Positions 48,401 through 59,906 of a stretch of DNA of 64,000 nt are shown here, in pieces. The notes under the pieces are model-generated. The model had not been told where the DNA came from. It made no database searches and saw only the letters and a list, made by a program, of their open reading frames with translations. The first letter of the stretch is position 1. Each line of letters begins with the position of its first letter. The position numbers were made by a program, and so were the translations under genes. The stretch lies in assembly GCA_964016885.1 (NCBI GenBank), contig CAXHJY010001477.1:186001-250000 (forward strand). Reading direction: 5' to 3'. Source of the DNA: Eledone cirrhosa (taxonomy: Eukaryota).

Positions 48401-48912
48401 CGGCCGATTAACCTTTTGAGGCTTTTACACCCCCCTCTATTGGCACATGCCCCTACATAGTCCCAACGTGCATCCAGGATACCATTCCAGTCCCCCACTA
48501 AAAGCAAGGAGCGGGACGTTCCCAGAAAAGTTTCCAGACGTTGGAAGTATTCCGGCCGCGCTGCCCAAAAAGGGGCGTACACAGCTATTAGTCTAAGGGC
48601 TCCACTTTCACTACTGCCGACGTCTAAAACCACCAGTCGACCCTCCGGGTCCAGGTGCACCTTCTGTATGGCGAGGCCCAGGTGTTTTCGCAGCAGAACG
48701 ACAACTCCACCCCCACCCCCCGGTTGACAGAGAGATGCGAAGATCTCAAAGTCGTCGAAGAGGGGCGCCAGTTGGTGCTCGCTGCTGATCCTGGACTCGC
48801 AAATAGCCATTACATCCATTCTATGCGACCTGAGATCGTTTAAAAGTTTGCCTTGTTTCCAAGACAGTCCCAGGCCACGTACATTCAGACACCCAACTCT
48901 TATATCAGCCAT
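45475..48912 (-). CDS. Tx1-like ORF2 (1145 aa): APE endonuclease, reverse transcriptase, C-terminal zinc finger
   Basis: CLNVRGL, VYAP, GDWN, YLDRV, SDH, GPGYWKLN, KSPGLDG, NFRPITLLN, LDQSKAFDRVDH, RQGCPLS, YADD, GGLGMP, CPRC-x8-H-x4-C. Confidence 0.96.
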   Translation of the reverse strand: MADIRVGCLNVRGLGLSWKQGKLLNDLRSHRMDVMAICESRISSEHQLAPLFDDFEIFASLCQPGGGGGVVVLLRKHLGLAIQKVHLDPEGRLVVLDVGSSESGALRLIAVYAPFWAARPEYFQRLETFLGTSRSLLLVGDWNGILDARWDYVGACANRGGCKSLKRLIGRFDLADRYRLDFPTVPLWTWTNRSGTSRSYLDRVLVRENDRDTFSCPKMFMVDYSDHKLVTCIANLDRTHRQGPGYWKLNLSLPRSKAYSKRISTLVKQSLTGAIVNNRWWSSLKRAIRIESIGFSQELVRDRNKTERELVDRVEEANRSGNVAGVLASRMALDQFFEVKHEGCVVRSKIRALGNEGAKAVSWARVTEAKSGNKSTIRSLKDQDGRVILEPGQMCAAFQRHFARLFERGGAPGETMDFNPYLDGLPRLSDAEAKSCERTISAAEIGAALSQCGKRKSPGLDGLPYELYVAMPDLFSDILEAVYCNWQQNGRIPSSVTKGVVTLVRKDENKGDDISNFRPITLLNTELKILAKVLAKRLALVVGNLVGEAQTCAIPSRSIHDNLHLMRYIIERVGNEPGFGGALINLDQSKAFDRVDHRYLDAVLAAAGFGPVFRGWIAAMHSSNVCSRVKVNGHLSEPFQIMRSIRQGCPLSSLLYVLALEPLLRKLERLQGIPLEPGLQKVASAYADDVTVMVSKTSQIGEIGTLLEEYERFTGANLNRDKSVGLQLGTWRGKPMPSNDVVGRWTEGPVKLLGVWFGPDLQVEKNWNEVTARVFALTQKWAQCKLSLKGRAEVANTYIASVIYYRLTVVPCPVKRLAKMECALFQFLWNKRTPLVRRSICCQHPSKGGLGMPWLQMRKHALRLRHLQVFLTGQPVWAPFVRRAFPRLVSLTELQSWVKQRPRKVGDWHIECAQALTALWKADPAISGDSTSTFYRGLVRSRCDDALGEALGMEEDELASLFGRTFGPGPMDNFQKSLAWQCYRGALPVRDKLHRHGSLGRDPLNKICPRCVHDDETVAHAFVHCPGIADLWGYVERLLSRVGPIRLTTESIVTIKPPPPFKNEGEAVFLCVVAMAKEVVWWTRLKGLRSDTFLSGQQLVPFFKYHFKRRIRMEREVLYPSKFYERWVKVGRMARVNGSSLYISL

Positions 48913-48933
48913 GTTGGTTAAAAGAGGAAGGAC

Positions 48934-50676
48934 CTACCTGTTCGGCTCCTGAGGAGCAGGTTGCACAATATCCATGGGCGTATTGGAGGGGTTGTTTGGT
49001 GGGGTGTTGTTCTGTGGTGGAGTGGGGGTGTTTGGTGAGGTGTGGGTGGGGAAACGTTTCAAGAGGACGCGGTTATAGGGTCGAGTACATGTTTTCCCCA
49101 CGTCCTCAGGAAAGTTCTCTCTTAGTTTTGCATAGGTGTCCATTGGGAGTCTTATCATTTTTAAATGCGGTTTGTTGGCCGCGCTTGCAAAGAATTGTCC
49201 TTCAGTTTCCACCAAAGGGTCTTTGTGTATTGTTTTTACTAGTTCTTTGTTATTTGTGTTAATGTATGTATACTGTTTTATTTGTGTTGTGTTTGTTTGT
49301 TGTTCTTGTGTGTGCTTACGTTTTGTTGTATGTGTTATGTTTTGGGGTGGGGCGGATTTTGTTTGTTCTGTTTGTTTTGTTTTTGTTGGTGGTTGTGTGT
49401 TTGTTTCGTTTATGTTCGAGTGGTGCTTTCTTTTTTTCCTTTTTACAGGTTGGAAGGGTTCCCCCTCTTCGTCACTAGGTGCCGTTTCTGCTGGGTCCTC
49501 GTCCGTGCTGTCGGGTAGTGGTGTATTTTGGGGTTTTGTTGTATTTGTGTGTGTTTTGGGAGTTGTTTTGGGTGGGGCCGTGTCTTGTGTTATTTTTCCT
49601 TGTTGTTTTTGTTGTTGTTGTGGTGGTGGTGGTGGAGGTGGTGGTGGTGGTGGTGGTGGCGGTGGTGGTGTGTGGGGTGTAGGCAAAAGAGCCTTTTTTT
49701 TTGTCAATTGAGGACAAGCAGCCCTTAGATGACCCCTGCTTGAACAGTAGTAACATATGGGCCTCCTACCCTCGGCTGAAATATATATAAATGTTTCTCC
49801 ATCGAGGGACACCCTCTGTGGTATTCTAGCGATTCGTTCTGGTCTCATTTGGACCAGAACCTCCACGCTCAAACCGCCGAAAACGTCTGTGGTGACTTCT
49901 CCTACTGAGAGGATTCCGTCCTCGTCTTCTAAAAACCCTGTTAGTACCCAGGAAATGCATGCATTTGGCCGGATTCCGGAGACCCTTATCTTCTGCGTTC
50001 TTTTCCCTAAATATGTGGTGAAAAATGTATGTAGCTTGGAAACAATTGGTGCCACAGAGTATTTCCTGGCCGTCAATTGATCCTTCATTAGGACCGTTAT
50101 ATTCCCATAGAGTGGCCCTTTTTGTATGAACGATATATCACTCCACGCATTTTTTAGGACCAGCTCAATCTCTTTTTGGGATAATTGAGTTGGTTTCCTT
50201 GTTATGTTGGAAATTGTTCTGAAAGATATCGTTCTTAGTGTCGTGTCTCTTTTGATTTCTTGTGGGGAGGTGATTGTGAAGTCTCCTCCTTCTTTGAAAG
50301 TTACATACTGTTTCGCTTCCTTCATCTTTTCTCTCAGAGTTGTAATGTCCAGTTGCTTGCAGGTTTGTGTTTTCCGGACCGCCTGTGCAAAGGAGGTACC
50401 AGTAGTGGGTTCGCTTTGTTTGGTGTTATCGTTATTTTTTCCTTGGTTGGTGTTGTGACTATTGCTGTTATTGTCGTTGTTGTTTTTGTCTGCGTTTATG
50501 TGACTTTCTGGGTTTTCACCCATTTTTACAAATTTTTCTTTTAATTCCGTGTTCCATGTTTCTTTTGCAGAAGTCAGGAGGGAAGACTTAGAGCCTTGTG
50601 CTTCTAGCTTCTCTGTATCACCTTTCTTAGGGGGCGTGGCTTTCACGTTAGGATGAGATGTGAAAATTCCGTCCAT
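48934..50676 (-). CDS. Tx1-like ORF1 (580 aa from ATG 50676), gag-like nucleic-acid-binding protein
   Basis: Zinc knuckle CYYCSSRGHLRAAC, SFAQAV motif, poly-Pro/Gln linker, basic KRKKRK; ends 21 nt upstream of the ORF2 ATG. Confidence 0.9.
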   Translation of the reverse strand: MDGIFTSHPNVKATPPKKGDTEKLEAQGSKSSLLTSAKETWNTELKEKFVKMGENPESHINADKNNNDNNSNSHNTNQGKNNDNTKQSEPTTGTSFAQAVRKTQTCKQLDITTLREKMKEAKQYVTFKEGGDFTITSPQEIKRDTTLRTISFRTISNITRKPTQLSQKEIELVLKNAWSDISFIQKGPLYGNITVLMKDQLTARKYSVAPIVSKLHTFFTTYLGKRTQKIRVSGIRPNACISWVLTGFLEDEDGILSVGEVTTDVFGGLSVEVLVQMRPERIARIPQRVSLDGETFIYISAEGRRPICYYCSSRGHLRAACPQLTKKKALLPTPHTPPPPPPPPPPPPPPPPQQQQKQQGKITQDTAPPKTTPKTHTNTTKPQNTPLPDSTDEDPAETAPSDEEGEPFQPVKRKKRKHHSNINETNTQPPTKTKQTEQTKSAPPQNITHTTKRKHTQEQQTNTTQIKQYTYINTNNKELVKTIHKDPLVETEGQFFASAANKPHLKMIRLPMDTYAKLRENFPEDVGKTCTRPYNRVLLKRFPTHTSPNTPTPPQNNTPPNNPSNTPMDIVQPAPQEPNR

Positions 50677-50887
50677 TTCTATTAGTTTGCCGTAATAAAT
50701 TTTTAACTGGAAAATTCGCCCCAAAAAGGGGCGAAAATAAATAAACTCAAAGTTTGACGACCAAGGCAAGGGGTTAACGTATATTACAGTATAAAAAAAT
50801 TAATCAAAACTCACTTTTTGAGTAAGTAAATCCGACTCGGTAGCCGAGCTTGTTCACACACGTCAACACACGTCTCTCGTATACGAG

Positions 50888-53326
50888 ATGTTATGTGAGA
50901 TATTATGTGAGGTAAAGCCTTTACTGTGAAAATACAATAGTATATATAGAGTAATGTAAATGTTATGTGAGGTATTATGTGAGGTAAAGCCTTTACTGTG
51001 AAAATACAATAGTATATATAGAGTAATGTAAATGTTATGTGAGGTATTATGTGAGGTAAAGCCTTTACTGTGACAATACAATAGTATATATAGAGTAATG
51101 TAAATGTTATGTGAGATATTATGTGAGGTAAAGCCTTTACTGTGAAAATACAATAGTATATATAGAGTAATGTAAATGTTATGTGAGATATTATGTGAGG
51201 TAAAGCCTTTACTGTGAAAATACAATAGTATATATAGAGTAATGTAAATGTTATGTGAGGTATTATGTGAGGTAAAGCCTTTACTGTGAAAATACAATAG
51301 TATATATAGAGTAATGTAAATGTTATGTGAGGTATTATGTGAGGTAAAGCCTTTACTGTGACAATACAATAGTATATATAGAGTAATGTAAATGTTATGT
51401 GAGATATTATGTGAGGTAAAGCCTTTACTGTGAAAATACAATAGTATATATAGAGTAATGTAAATGTTATGTGAGATATTATGTGAGGTAAAGCCTTTAC
51501 TGTGAAAATACAATAGTATATATAGAGTAATGTAAATGTTATGTGAGGTATTATGTGAGGTAAAGCCTTTACTGTGAAAATACAATAGTATATATAGAGT
51601 AATGTAAATGTTATGTGAGGTATTATGTGAGGTAAAGCCTTTACTGTGACAATACAATAGTATATATAGAGTAATGTAAATGTTATGTGAGATATTATGT
51701 GAGGTAAAGCCTTTACTGTGACAATACAATAGTATATATAGAGTAATGTAAATGTTATGTGAGGTATTATGTGAGGTAAAGCCTTTACTGTGAAAATACA
51801 ATAGTATATATAGAGTAATGTAAATGTTATGTGAGATATTATGTGAGGTAAAGCCTTTACTGTGACAATACAATAGTATATATAGAGTAATGTAAATGTT
51901 ATGTGAGGTATTATGTGAGGTAAAGCCTTTACTGTGAAAATACAATAGTATATATAGAGTAATGTAAATGTTATGTGAGGTATTATGTGAGGTAAAGCCT
52001 TTACTGTGAAAATACAATAGTATATACAGAGTAATGTAAATGTTATGAGATATTATGTGAGGTAAAGACTTTACTGTGAAAATACAATAGTATATATAGA
52101 GTAATGTAAATGTTATGTGAGATATTATGTGAGGTAAAGACTTTACTGTGAAAATACAATAGTATATATAGAGTAATGTAAATGTTATGTGAGGTACTAT
52201 GTGAGGTAAAGCCTTTACTGTGTAAATACAATAGTATATAAAGAGTAATGTAAATGTTATGTGAGATATTATGTGAGGTAAAGCCTTTACTGTTAAAATA
52301 CAATAGTATATATAGAGTAATGTAAATGTTATGTTGGATATTATGTGAGGTAAAGCCTTTACTGTGAAAATACAATAGTATATATAGAGTAATGTAAATG
52401 TTATGTGAGATATTATGTGATGTAAAGCCTTTACTGTGACAATACAATAGTATATATAGAGTAATGTAAATGTTATGTGAGATATTATGTGAGGTAAAGA
52501 CATTACTGTGACAATACAATAGTATATATAGAGTAATGTAAATGTTATGTGAGATATTATGTGAGGTAAATCCTTTACTGTGAAAATACAATAGTATATA
52601 TAGAGTAATGTAAATGTTATGTGAGATATTATGTGAGGTAAAGCCTTTACTGTGAAAATACAATAGTATATATAGAGTAATGTAAATGTTATGTGAGATA
52701 TTATGTGAGGTAAAGCCTTTACTGTGAAAATACAATAGTATATATAGAGTAATGTAAATGTTATGTGAGATATTATGTGAGGTAAAGCCTTTACTGTGAA
52801 AATACAATAGTATATATAGAGTAATGTAAATGTTATGTGAGGTATTATGTGAGGTAAAGACTTTACTGTGAAAATACAATAGTATATATAGAGTAATGTA
52901 AATGTTATGTGAGGTATTATGTGAGGTAAAGCCTTTACTGTGACAATACAATAGTATATATAGAGTAATGTAAATGTTATGTGAGATATTATGTGAGGTA
53001 AAGCCTTTACTGTGACAATACAATAGTATATATAGAGTAATGTAAATGTTATGTGAGGTATTATGTGAGGTAAAGCCTTTACTGTGAAAATACAATAGTA
53101 TATATAGAGTAATGTAAATGTTATGTGAGATATTATGTGAGGTAAAGCCTTTACTGTGACAATACAATAGTATATATAGAGTAATGTAAATGTTATGTGA
53201 GGTATTATGTGAGGTAAAGCCTTTACTGTGAAAATACAATAGTATATATAGAGTAATGTAAATGTTATGTGAGGTATTATGTGAGGTAAAGCCTTTACTG
53301 TGAAAATACAATAGTATATATAGAGT
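50888..53326. repeat. 72-bp satellite array 2 (about 34 units)
   Basis: Continuous 72-bp period (24-aa period in the spurious ORFs). Confidence 0.99.
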
Positions 53327-53563
53327 GGTTTCTTTATTTGCCACTAGGGCACAAAAGGTAGGGACAGATACAAGGGGGGAAGTTTACATATAATTAACGA
53401 GTACAAAAATATAACAATGAAATAACAACAACAAACGAAGTCCTCAATAGGGAGGGGGCATTAACATGGGTCGCACACACCCCGGAAAAAATGTGTAACC
53501 CTTCTCCTCAGGAGCACAAAGAGTAGGTGCTTCCCTCGTCTCCGCTTTTTCCTCTTCTTTCAC

Positions 53564-56500
53564 CTACAGGCTGATATAGAGAGAAGACCCATTCACTCTG
53601 GCCATTCTCCCTACTTTCACCCACCTTTCATAAAACTTGCTGGGGTAGAGCACCTCTCTCTCCATTCTGATCCTTCTTTTAAAATGGTATTTGAAAAAGG
53701 GGACCAGTTGTTGGCCGGAGAGAAAGGTGTCTGACCTCAGCCCTTTCAGCCTCGTCCACCATACAACTTCTTTAGCCATGGCTACCACACAGAGAAAAAC
53801 CGCCTCTCCTTCGTTTTTGAAAGGGGGAGGCGGTTTGATCGTGACAATGGACTCGGTGGTCAACCGGATTGGTCCCACCCTCGACAGTAGTCGTTCCACA
53901 TAGCCCCACAGGTCAGCAATGCCTGGGCAGTGTACGAATGCGTGCGCAACGGTTTCGTCATCATGCACGCATCTCGGACAGATCTTATTCAAAGGATCTC
54001 TACCCAGGCTCCCATGTCTGTGGAGCTTGTCTCGAACGGGTAGAGCCCCTCGATAGCACTGCCAAGCCAGGGACTTTTGGAAGTTGTCCATCGGTCCAGG
54101 GCCAAACGTCCTACCGAACAGACTGGCCAGTTCATCTTCCTCCATGCCTAGAGCTTCTCCGAGAGCATCGTCGCACCTGCTGCGTACCAACCCTCTATAG
54201 AATGTCGAGGTGGAATCTCCACTGATTGCCGGGTCCGCTTTCCAGAGGGCCGTGAGCGCCTGGGCACATTCAATGTGCCAGTCGCCCACTTTTCTCGGTC
54301 TTTGCTTGACCCAGGATTGCAGCTCGGTGAGCGAGACGAGTCTGGGAAAGGCTCGCCTCACAAACGGGGCCCACACCGGTTGACCGGTGAGGAATACCTG
54401 GAGGTGCCGTAGCCTTAATGCGTGTTTACGCATCTGTAGCCACGGCATCCCCAGCCCTCCTTTCGAAGGGTGTTAACAGCAGATGGATCTCCTCACCAAA
54501 GGGGTCCGCTTGTTCCAAAGAAATTGGAACAGCGCGCACTCCATTTTGGCGAGTCTTTTCACTGGGCAAGGCACGACGGTCAAGCGGTAGTAGATGACGG
54601 ATGCTATATAAGTATTCGCCACCTCCGCTCGACCTTTCAGGGATAGTTTGCACTGGGCCCACTTCTGGGTGAGTGCAAACACCCTGGCCGTTACCTCGTT
54701 CCAGTTTTTCTCCACCTGGAGGTCTGGTCCGAACCAGACCCCAAGCAGCTTCACCGGGCCCTCCGTCCAGCGTCCGACGACGTCGTTGGAGGGCATCGGT
54801 TTGCCTCTCCATGTTCCGAGTTGCAAACCGACGGACTTGTCCCGGTTCAGCTTGGCTCCTGTAAACCTTTCATATTCCTCCAGTAAGGTGCCGATCTCAC
54901 CGATTTGCGAGGTTTTCGACACCATTACTGTCACGTCATCGGCGTAGGCCGACGCCGCTTTCTGCAATCCCGGTTCCAAAGGGATGCCCTGCAACCGCTC
55001 CAACTTCCGCAGTAGTGGCTCAAGAGCCAGCACATACAGTAGGGAGGAGAGAGGGCATCCCTGTCGGATGGATCGCATGATTTGGAACGGCTCCGAGAGG
55101 TGGCCGTTCACCTTGACCCTTGAGCAGACGTTGCTGCTGTGCATCGCAGCAATCCAACCCCTGAAAACGGGTCCGAAGCCTGCCGCCGCGAGCACCGCAT
55201 CCAGGTAACGATGGTCAACCCTATCGAAAGCTTTAGATTGATCCAAGTTGATCAGGGCCCCACCAAAGCCGGGTTCATTCCCTACCCTCTCTATGATGTA
55301 TCGCATAAGGTGGAGATTGTCGTGAATGGACCTGGACGGGATTGCGCATGTCTGCGCTTCTCCCACCAGGTTTCCAACGACAAGCGCCAACCTCTTCGCT
55401 AACACCTTGGCCAAAATCTTTAACTCTGTATTTAGCAGAGTTATGGGCCTGAAGTTACTTATGTCATCCCCCTTGTTCTCATCCTTCCTCACCAGCGTAA
55501 CTACGCCCTTGGTCACAGAACTGGGAATTCTCCCGTTCTGCTGCCAGTTGCAGTAGACCGCTTCGAGGATATCGGAGAACAAGTCCGGCATCGCTACATA
55601 TAGCTCGTATGGTAGACCATCGAGACCCGGGGATTTGCGTTTGCCGCATTGGCTCAGCGCCGCCCCTATCTCAGCAGCTGAAATCGTCCTTTCGCAGGAC
55701 TTCGACTCCGCGTCCGAGAGGCGCGGCAGACCGTCGAGGTATGGATTGAAATCCATAGTCTCACCCGGCGCGCCGCCCCTCTCGAACAGTCGTGCAAAGT
55801 GCCGCTGAAAGGCCGCACACATCTGCCCAGGTTCAAGGATCACACGCCCATCCTGGTCCTTCAAAGACCGAATCGTGGACTTGTTCCCACTTTTTGCCTC
55901 TATCACTCGGGCCCAGCTTACAGCTTTGGCTCCCTCATTACCCAGAGCACGTATTTTACTCCTGACAACGCAGCCTTCATGCTTCACCTCAAAGAACTGG
56001 TCTAAGGCCATTCTTGATGCCAGCACGCCGGCTACATTGCCACTCCTAATCGCCTCTTCTACTCTATCTACTAATTCCCTTTCCGTCTTGTTCCTATCCC
56101 TTGCTAATTCCTGACTAAAACCTATCGATTCTATTCTAATTGCTCTCTTAAGAGAGCTCCACCACCTGTTGTTGACAATTGCCCCTGTCAAATTCTGCTT
56201 AACTAACGTGCTAATCCGTTTACTGTAAGCTTTGCTTCTCGGTAAGGACAAGTTCAGCTTCCAGTAACCGGGTCCCTGTCTATGGGTTCTATCAAGGTTG
56301 GCTATGCAGGTCACTAACTTGTGATCCGAATAGTCAACCATGAACATTTTTGGACAGCTAAATGTGTCCCTATCGTTCTCTCTAACTAGGACCCTATCTA
56401 GGTACGACCTAGATGTTCCACTGCGATTGGTCCACGTCCATAGTGGTACAGTCGGAAAATCTAGTCGATATCTATCGGCCAGGTCAAATCGGCCGATTAA

Positions 56501-57001
56501 CCTTTTGAGGCTTTTACACCCCCCTCTATTGGCACATGCCCCTACATAGTCCCAACGTGCATCCAGGATACCATTCCAGTCCCCCACTAAAAGCAAGGAG
56601 CGGGACGTTCCCAGAAAAGTTTCCAGACGTTGGAAGTATTCCGGCCGCGCTGCCCAAAAAGGGGCGTACACAGCTATTAGTCTAAGGGCTCCACTTTCAC
56701 TACTGCCGACGTCTAAAACCACCAGTCGACCCTCCGGGTCCAGGTGCACCTTCTGTATGGCGAGGCCCAGGTGTTTTCGCAGCAGAACGACAACTCCACC
56801 CCCACCCCCCGGTTGACAGAGAGATGCGAAGATCTCAAAGTCGTCGAAGAGGGGCGCCAGTTGGTGCTCGCTGCTGATCCTGGACTCGCAAATAGCCATT
56901 ACATCCATTCTATGTGACCTGAGATCGTTTAAAAGTTTGCCTTGTTTCCAAGACAGTCCCAGGCCACGTACATTCAGAAACCCAACTCTTATATCAGCCA
57001 T
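53564..57001 (-). pseudogene. Copy 2 ORF2 with premature stop (CAA>TAA at 54473-54475)
   Basis: The 842-aa and 294-aa ORFs are in the same frame and collinear with copy 1 ORF2. Confidence 0.93.
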
Positions 57002-57022
57002 GTTGGTTAAAAGAGGAAGGAC

Positions 57023-58764
57023 CTACCTGTTCGGCTCCTGAGGAGCAGGTTGCACAATATCCATGGGCGTATTGGAGGGGTTGTTTGGTGGGGTGTTGTT
57101 CTGTGGTGGAGTGGGGGTGTTTGGTGAGGTGTGGGTGGGGAAACGTTTCAAGAGGACGCGGTTATAGGGTCGAGTACATGTTTTCCCCACGTCCTCAGGA
57201 AAGTTCTCTCTTAGTTTTGCATAGGTGTCCATTGGGAGTCTTATCATTTTTAAATGCGGTTTGTTGGCCGCGCTTGCAAAGAATTGCCCTTCAGTTTCCA
57301 CCAAAGGGTCTTTGTGTATTGTTTTTACTAGTTCTTTGTTATTTGTGTTAATGTATGTATACTGTTTTATTTGTGTTGTGTTTGTTTGTTGTTCTTGTGT
57401 GTGCTTACGTTTTGTTGTATGTGTTATGTTTTGGGTGGGGCGGATTTTGTTTGTTCTGTTTGTTTTGTTTTTGTTGGTGGTTGTGTGTTTGTTTCGTTTA
57501 TGTTCGAGTGGTGCTTTCTTTTTTTCCTTTTTACAGGTTGGAAGGGTTCCCCCTCTTCGTCACTAGGTGCCGTTTCCGCTGGGTCCTCGTCCGTGCTGTC
57601 GGGTAGTGGTGTATTTTGGGGTTTTGTTGTATTTGTGTGTGTTTTGGGAGTTGTTTTGGGTGGGGCCGTGTCTTGTGTTATTTTTCCCTGTTGTTTTTGT
57701 TGTTGTTGTGGTGGTGGTGGTGGAGGTGGTGGTGGTGGTGGTGGTGGCGGTGGTGGTGTGTGGGGTGTAGGCAAAAGAGCCTTTTTTTTTGTCAATTGAG
57801 GACAAGCAGCCCTTAGATGACCCCTGCTTGAACAGTAGTAACATATGGGCCTCCTACCCTCGGCTGAAATATATATAAATGTTTCTCCATCGAGGGACAC
57901 CCTCTGTGGTATTCTAGCGATTCGTTCTGGTCTCATTTGGACCAGAACCTCCACGCTCAAACCGCCGAAAACGTCTGTGGTGACTTCTCCTACTGAGAGG
58001 ATTCCGTCCTCGTCTTCTAAAAATCCTCTTAGTACCCAGGAAATGCATGCATTTGGCCGGATTCCGGAGACCCTTATCTTCTGCGTTCTTTTCCCTAAAT
58101 ATGTGGGGAAAAATGTATATATCTTGGAAACAATTGGTGCCACAGAGTATTTCCTGGCCGTCAATTGATCCTTCATTAGGACCGTTATATTCCCATAGAG
58201 TGGCCCTTTTTGTATGAACGATATATCACTCCACACATTTTTTAGGACCAGCTCAATCTCTTTTTGGGATAATTGAGTTGGTTTCCTTGTTATGTTGGAA
58301 ATTGTTCTGAAAGATATCGTTCTTAGCGTCGTGTCTCTTTTGATTTCTTGTGGGGAGGTGATTGTGAAGTCTCCTCCTTCTTTGAAAGTTACATACTGTT
58401 TCGCTTCCTTCATCTTTTCTCTCAGAGTTGTAATGTCCAGTTGCTTGCAGGTTTGTGTTTTCCGGACCGCCTGTGCAAAGGAGGTACCAGTAGTGGGTTC
58501 ACTTTGTTTGGTGTTATCGTTATTTTTTCCTTGGTTGGTGTTGTGACTATTGCTGTTATTGTCGTTGATGTTTTTGTCTGCGTTTATGTGACTTTCTGGG
58601 TTTTCACCCATTTCTACAAATTTTTCTTTTAATTCCGTGTTCCATGTTTCTTTTGCAGAAGTGAGGAGGGAAGACTTAGAGCCTTGTGCTTCTAGCTTCT
58701 CTGTATCACCTTTCTTAGGGGGCGTGGCTTTCACGTTAGGATGAGATGTGAAAATTCCGTCCAT
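57023..58764 (-). pseudogene. Copy 2 ORF1 with 1-nt frameshift near 57433
   Basis: A GGGG run in copy 1 is GGG here; the ORF splits into 57424-58857 and 57023-57304. Confidence 0.9.
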
Positions 58765-58975
58765 TTCTATTAGTTTGCCGTAATAAATTTTTAACTGGAA
58801 AATTCGCCCCAAAAAGGGGCGAAAATAAATAAACTCAAAGTTTGACGACCAAGGCAAGGGGTTAACGTATATTACAGTATAAAAAAATTAATCAAAACTC
58901 ACTTTTTGAGTAAGTAAATCCGACTCGGTAGCCGAGCTTGTTCACACACGTCAACACACGTCTCTCGTATACGAG

Positions 58976-59906
58976 ATGTTATGTGAGATATTATGTGAGG
59001 TAAAGACTTTACTGTGAAAATACAATAGTATATATAGAGTAATGTAAATGTTATGTGAGATATTATGTGAGGTAAAGACTTTACTGTTAAAATACAATAG
59101 TATATATAGAGTAATGTAAATGTTATGTTGGATATTATGTGAGGTAAAGCCTTTACTGTGAAAATACAATAGTATATATAGAGTAATGTAAATGTTATGT
59201 GAGATGTTATGTGATGTAAAGCCTTTACTGTGACAATACAATAGTATATATAGAGTAATGTAAATGTTATGTGAGATATTATGTGAGGTAAAGACATTAC
59301 TGTGACAATACAATAGTATATATAGAGTAATGTAAATGTTATGTGAGGTATTATGTGAGGTAAAGCCTTTATTGTGACAATACAATAGTATATATAGAGT
59401 AATGTAAATGTTATGTGAGGTACTATGTGAGGTAAAGCCCTTACTGTGACAATACAATAGTATATATAGAGTAATGTAAATGTTATGTGAGGTATTATGT
59501 GAGGTAAAGCCTTTACTGTGAAAATACAATAGTATATATAGAGTAATGTAAATGTTATGTGAGATATTATGTGAGGTAAAGCCTTTACTGTGAAAATACA
59601 ATAGTATATATAGAGTAATGTAAATGTTATGTGAGGTATTATGTGAGGTAAAGCCTTTACTGTGAAAATACAATAGTATATATAGAGTAATGTAAATGTT
59701 ATGTGAGGTATTATGTGAGGTAAAGCCTTTACTGTGACAATACAATAGTATATATAGAGTAATGTAAATGTTATGTGAGATATTATGTGAGGTAAAGCCT
59801 TTACTGTGAAAATACAATAGTATATATAGAATAATGTAGATGTTTTGTGAGATATTATGTGAGGTAAAGCTTTTACTGTGAAAATACAATAGTATATATA
59901 GCGTAA
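58976..59906. repeat. 72-bp satellite array 3 (about 13 units)
   Basis: Same unit as arrays 1 and 2. Confidence 0.98.

Larger units (their letters stand above)
45238..50887 (-). mobile_element. Tx1-clade (L1 group) non-LTR retrotransposon, copy 1, full length and intact
   Basis: 5' UTR, ORF1 with CCHC knuckle, ORF2 APE-RT-CCHC, about 240-bp 3' UTR ending AATAAAGAAA; satellite on both sides. Confidence 0.93.
53327..58975 (-). mobile_element. Tx1-clade element copy 2, full length, inactivated
   Basis: Near-identical to copy 1 at offset 8089; both junctions identical to copy 1. Confidence 0.93.

Noticed and set aside
48996-49756. Antisense and alternative-frame ORFs over Tx1 ORF1, and similar ones over the RTE ORFs
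   Set aside because: Shadow ORFs caused by compositional bias of the true coding strand.
50768-50777. AAGGGGTTAA in the Tx1 5' UTR as the right TIR of the 38129 element
   Set aside because: Only about 7 nt match, and it is internal to the Tx1 5' UTR (repeated in copy 2).
50863-53344. His-rich 24-aa repeat ORFs (also 44656-45255 and 58899-60074)
   Set aside because: Artefact of a 72-bp unit divisible by 3; open in more than one frame and interrupted by TEs.
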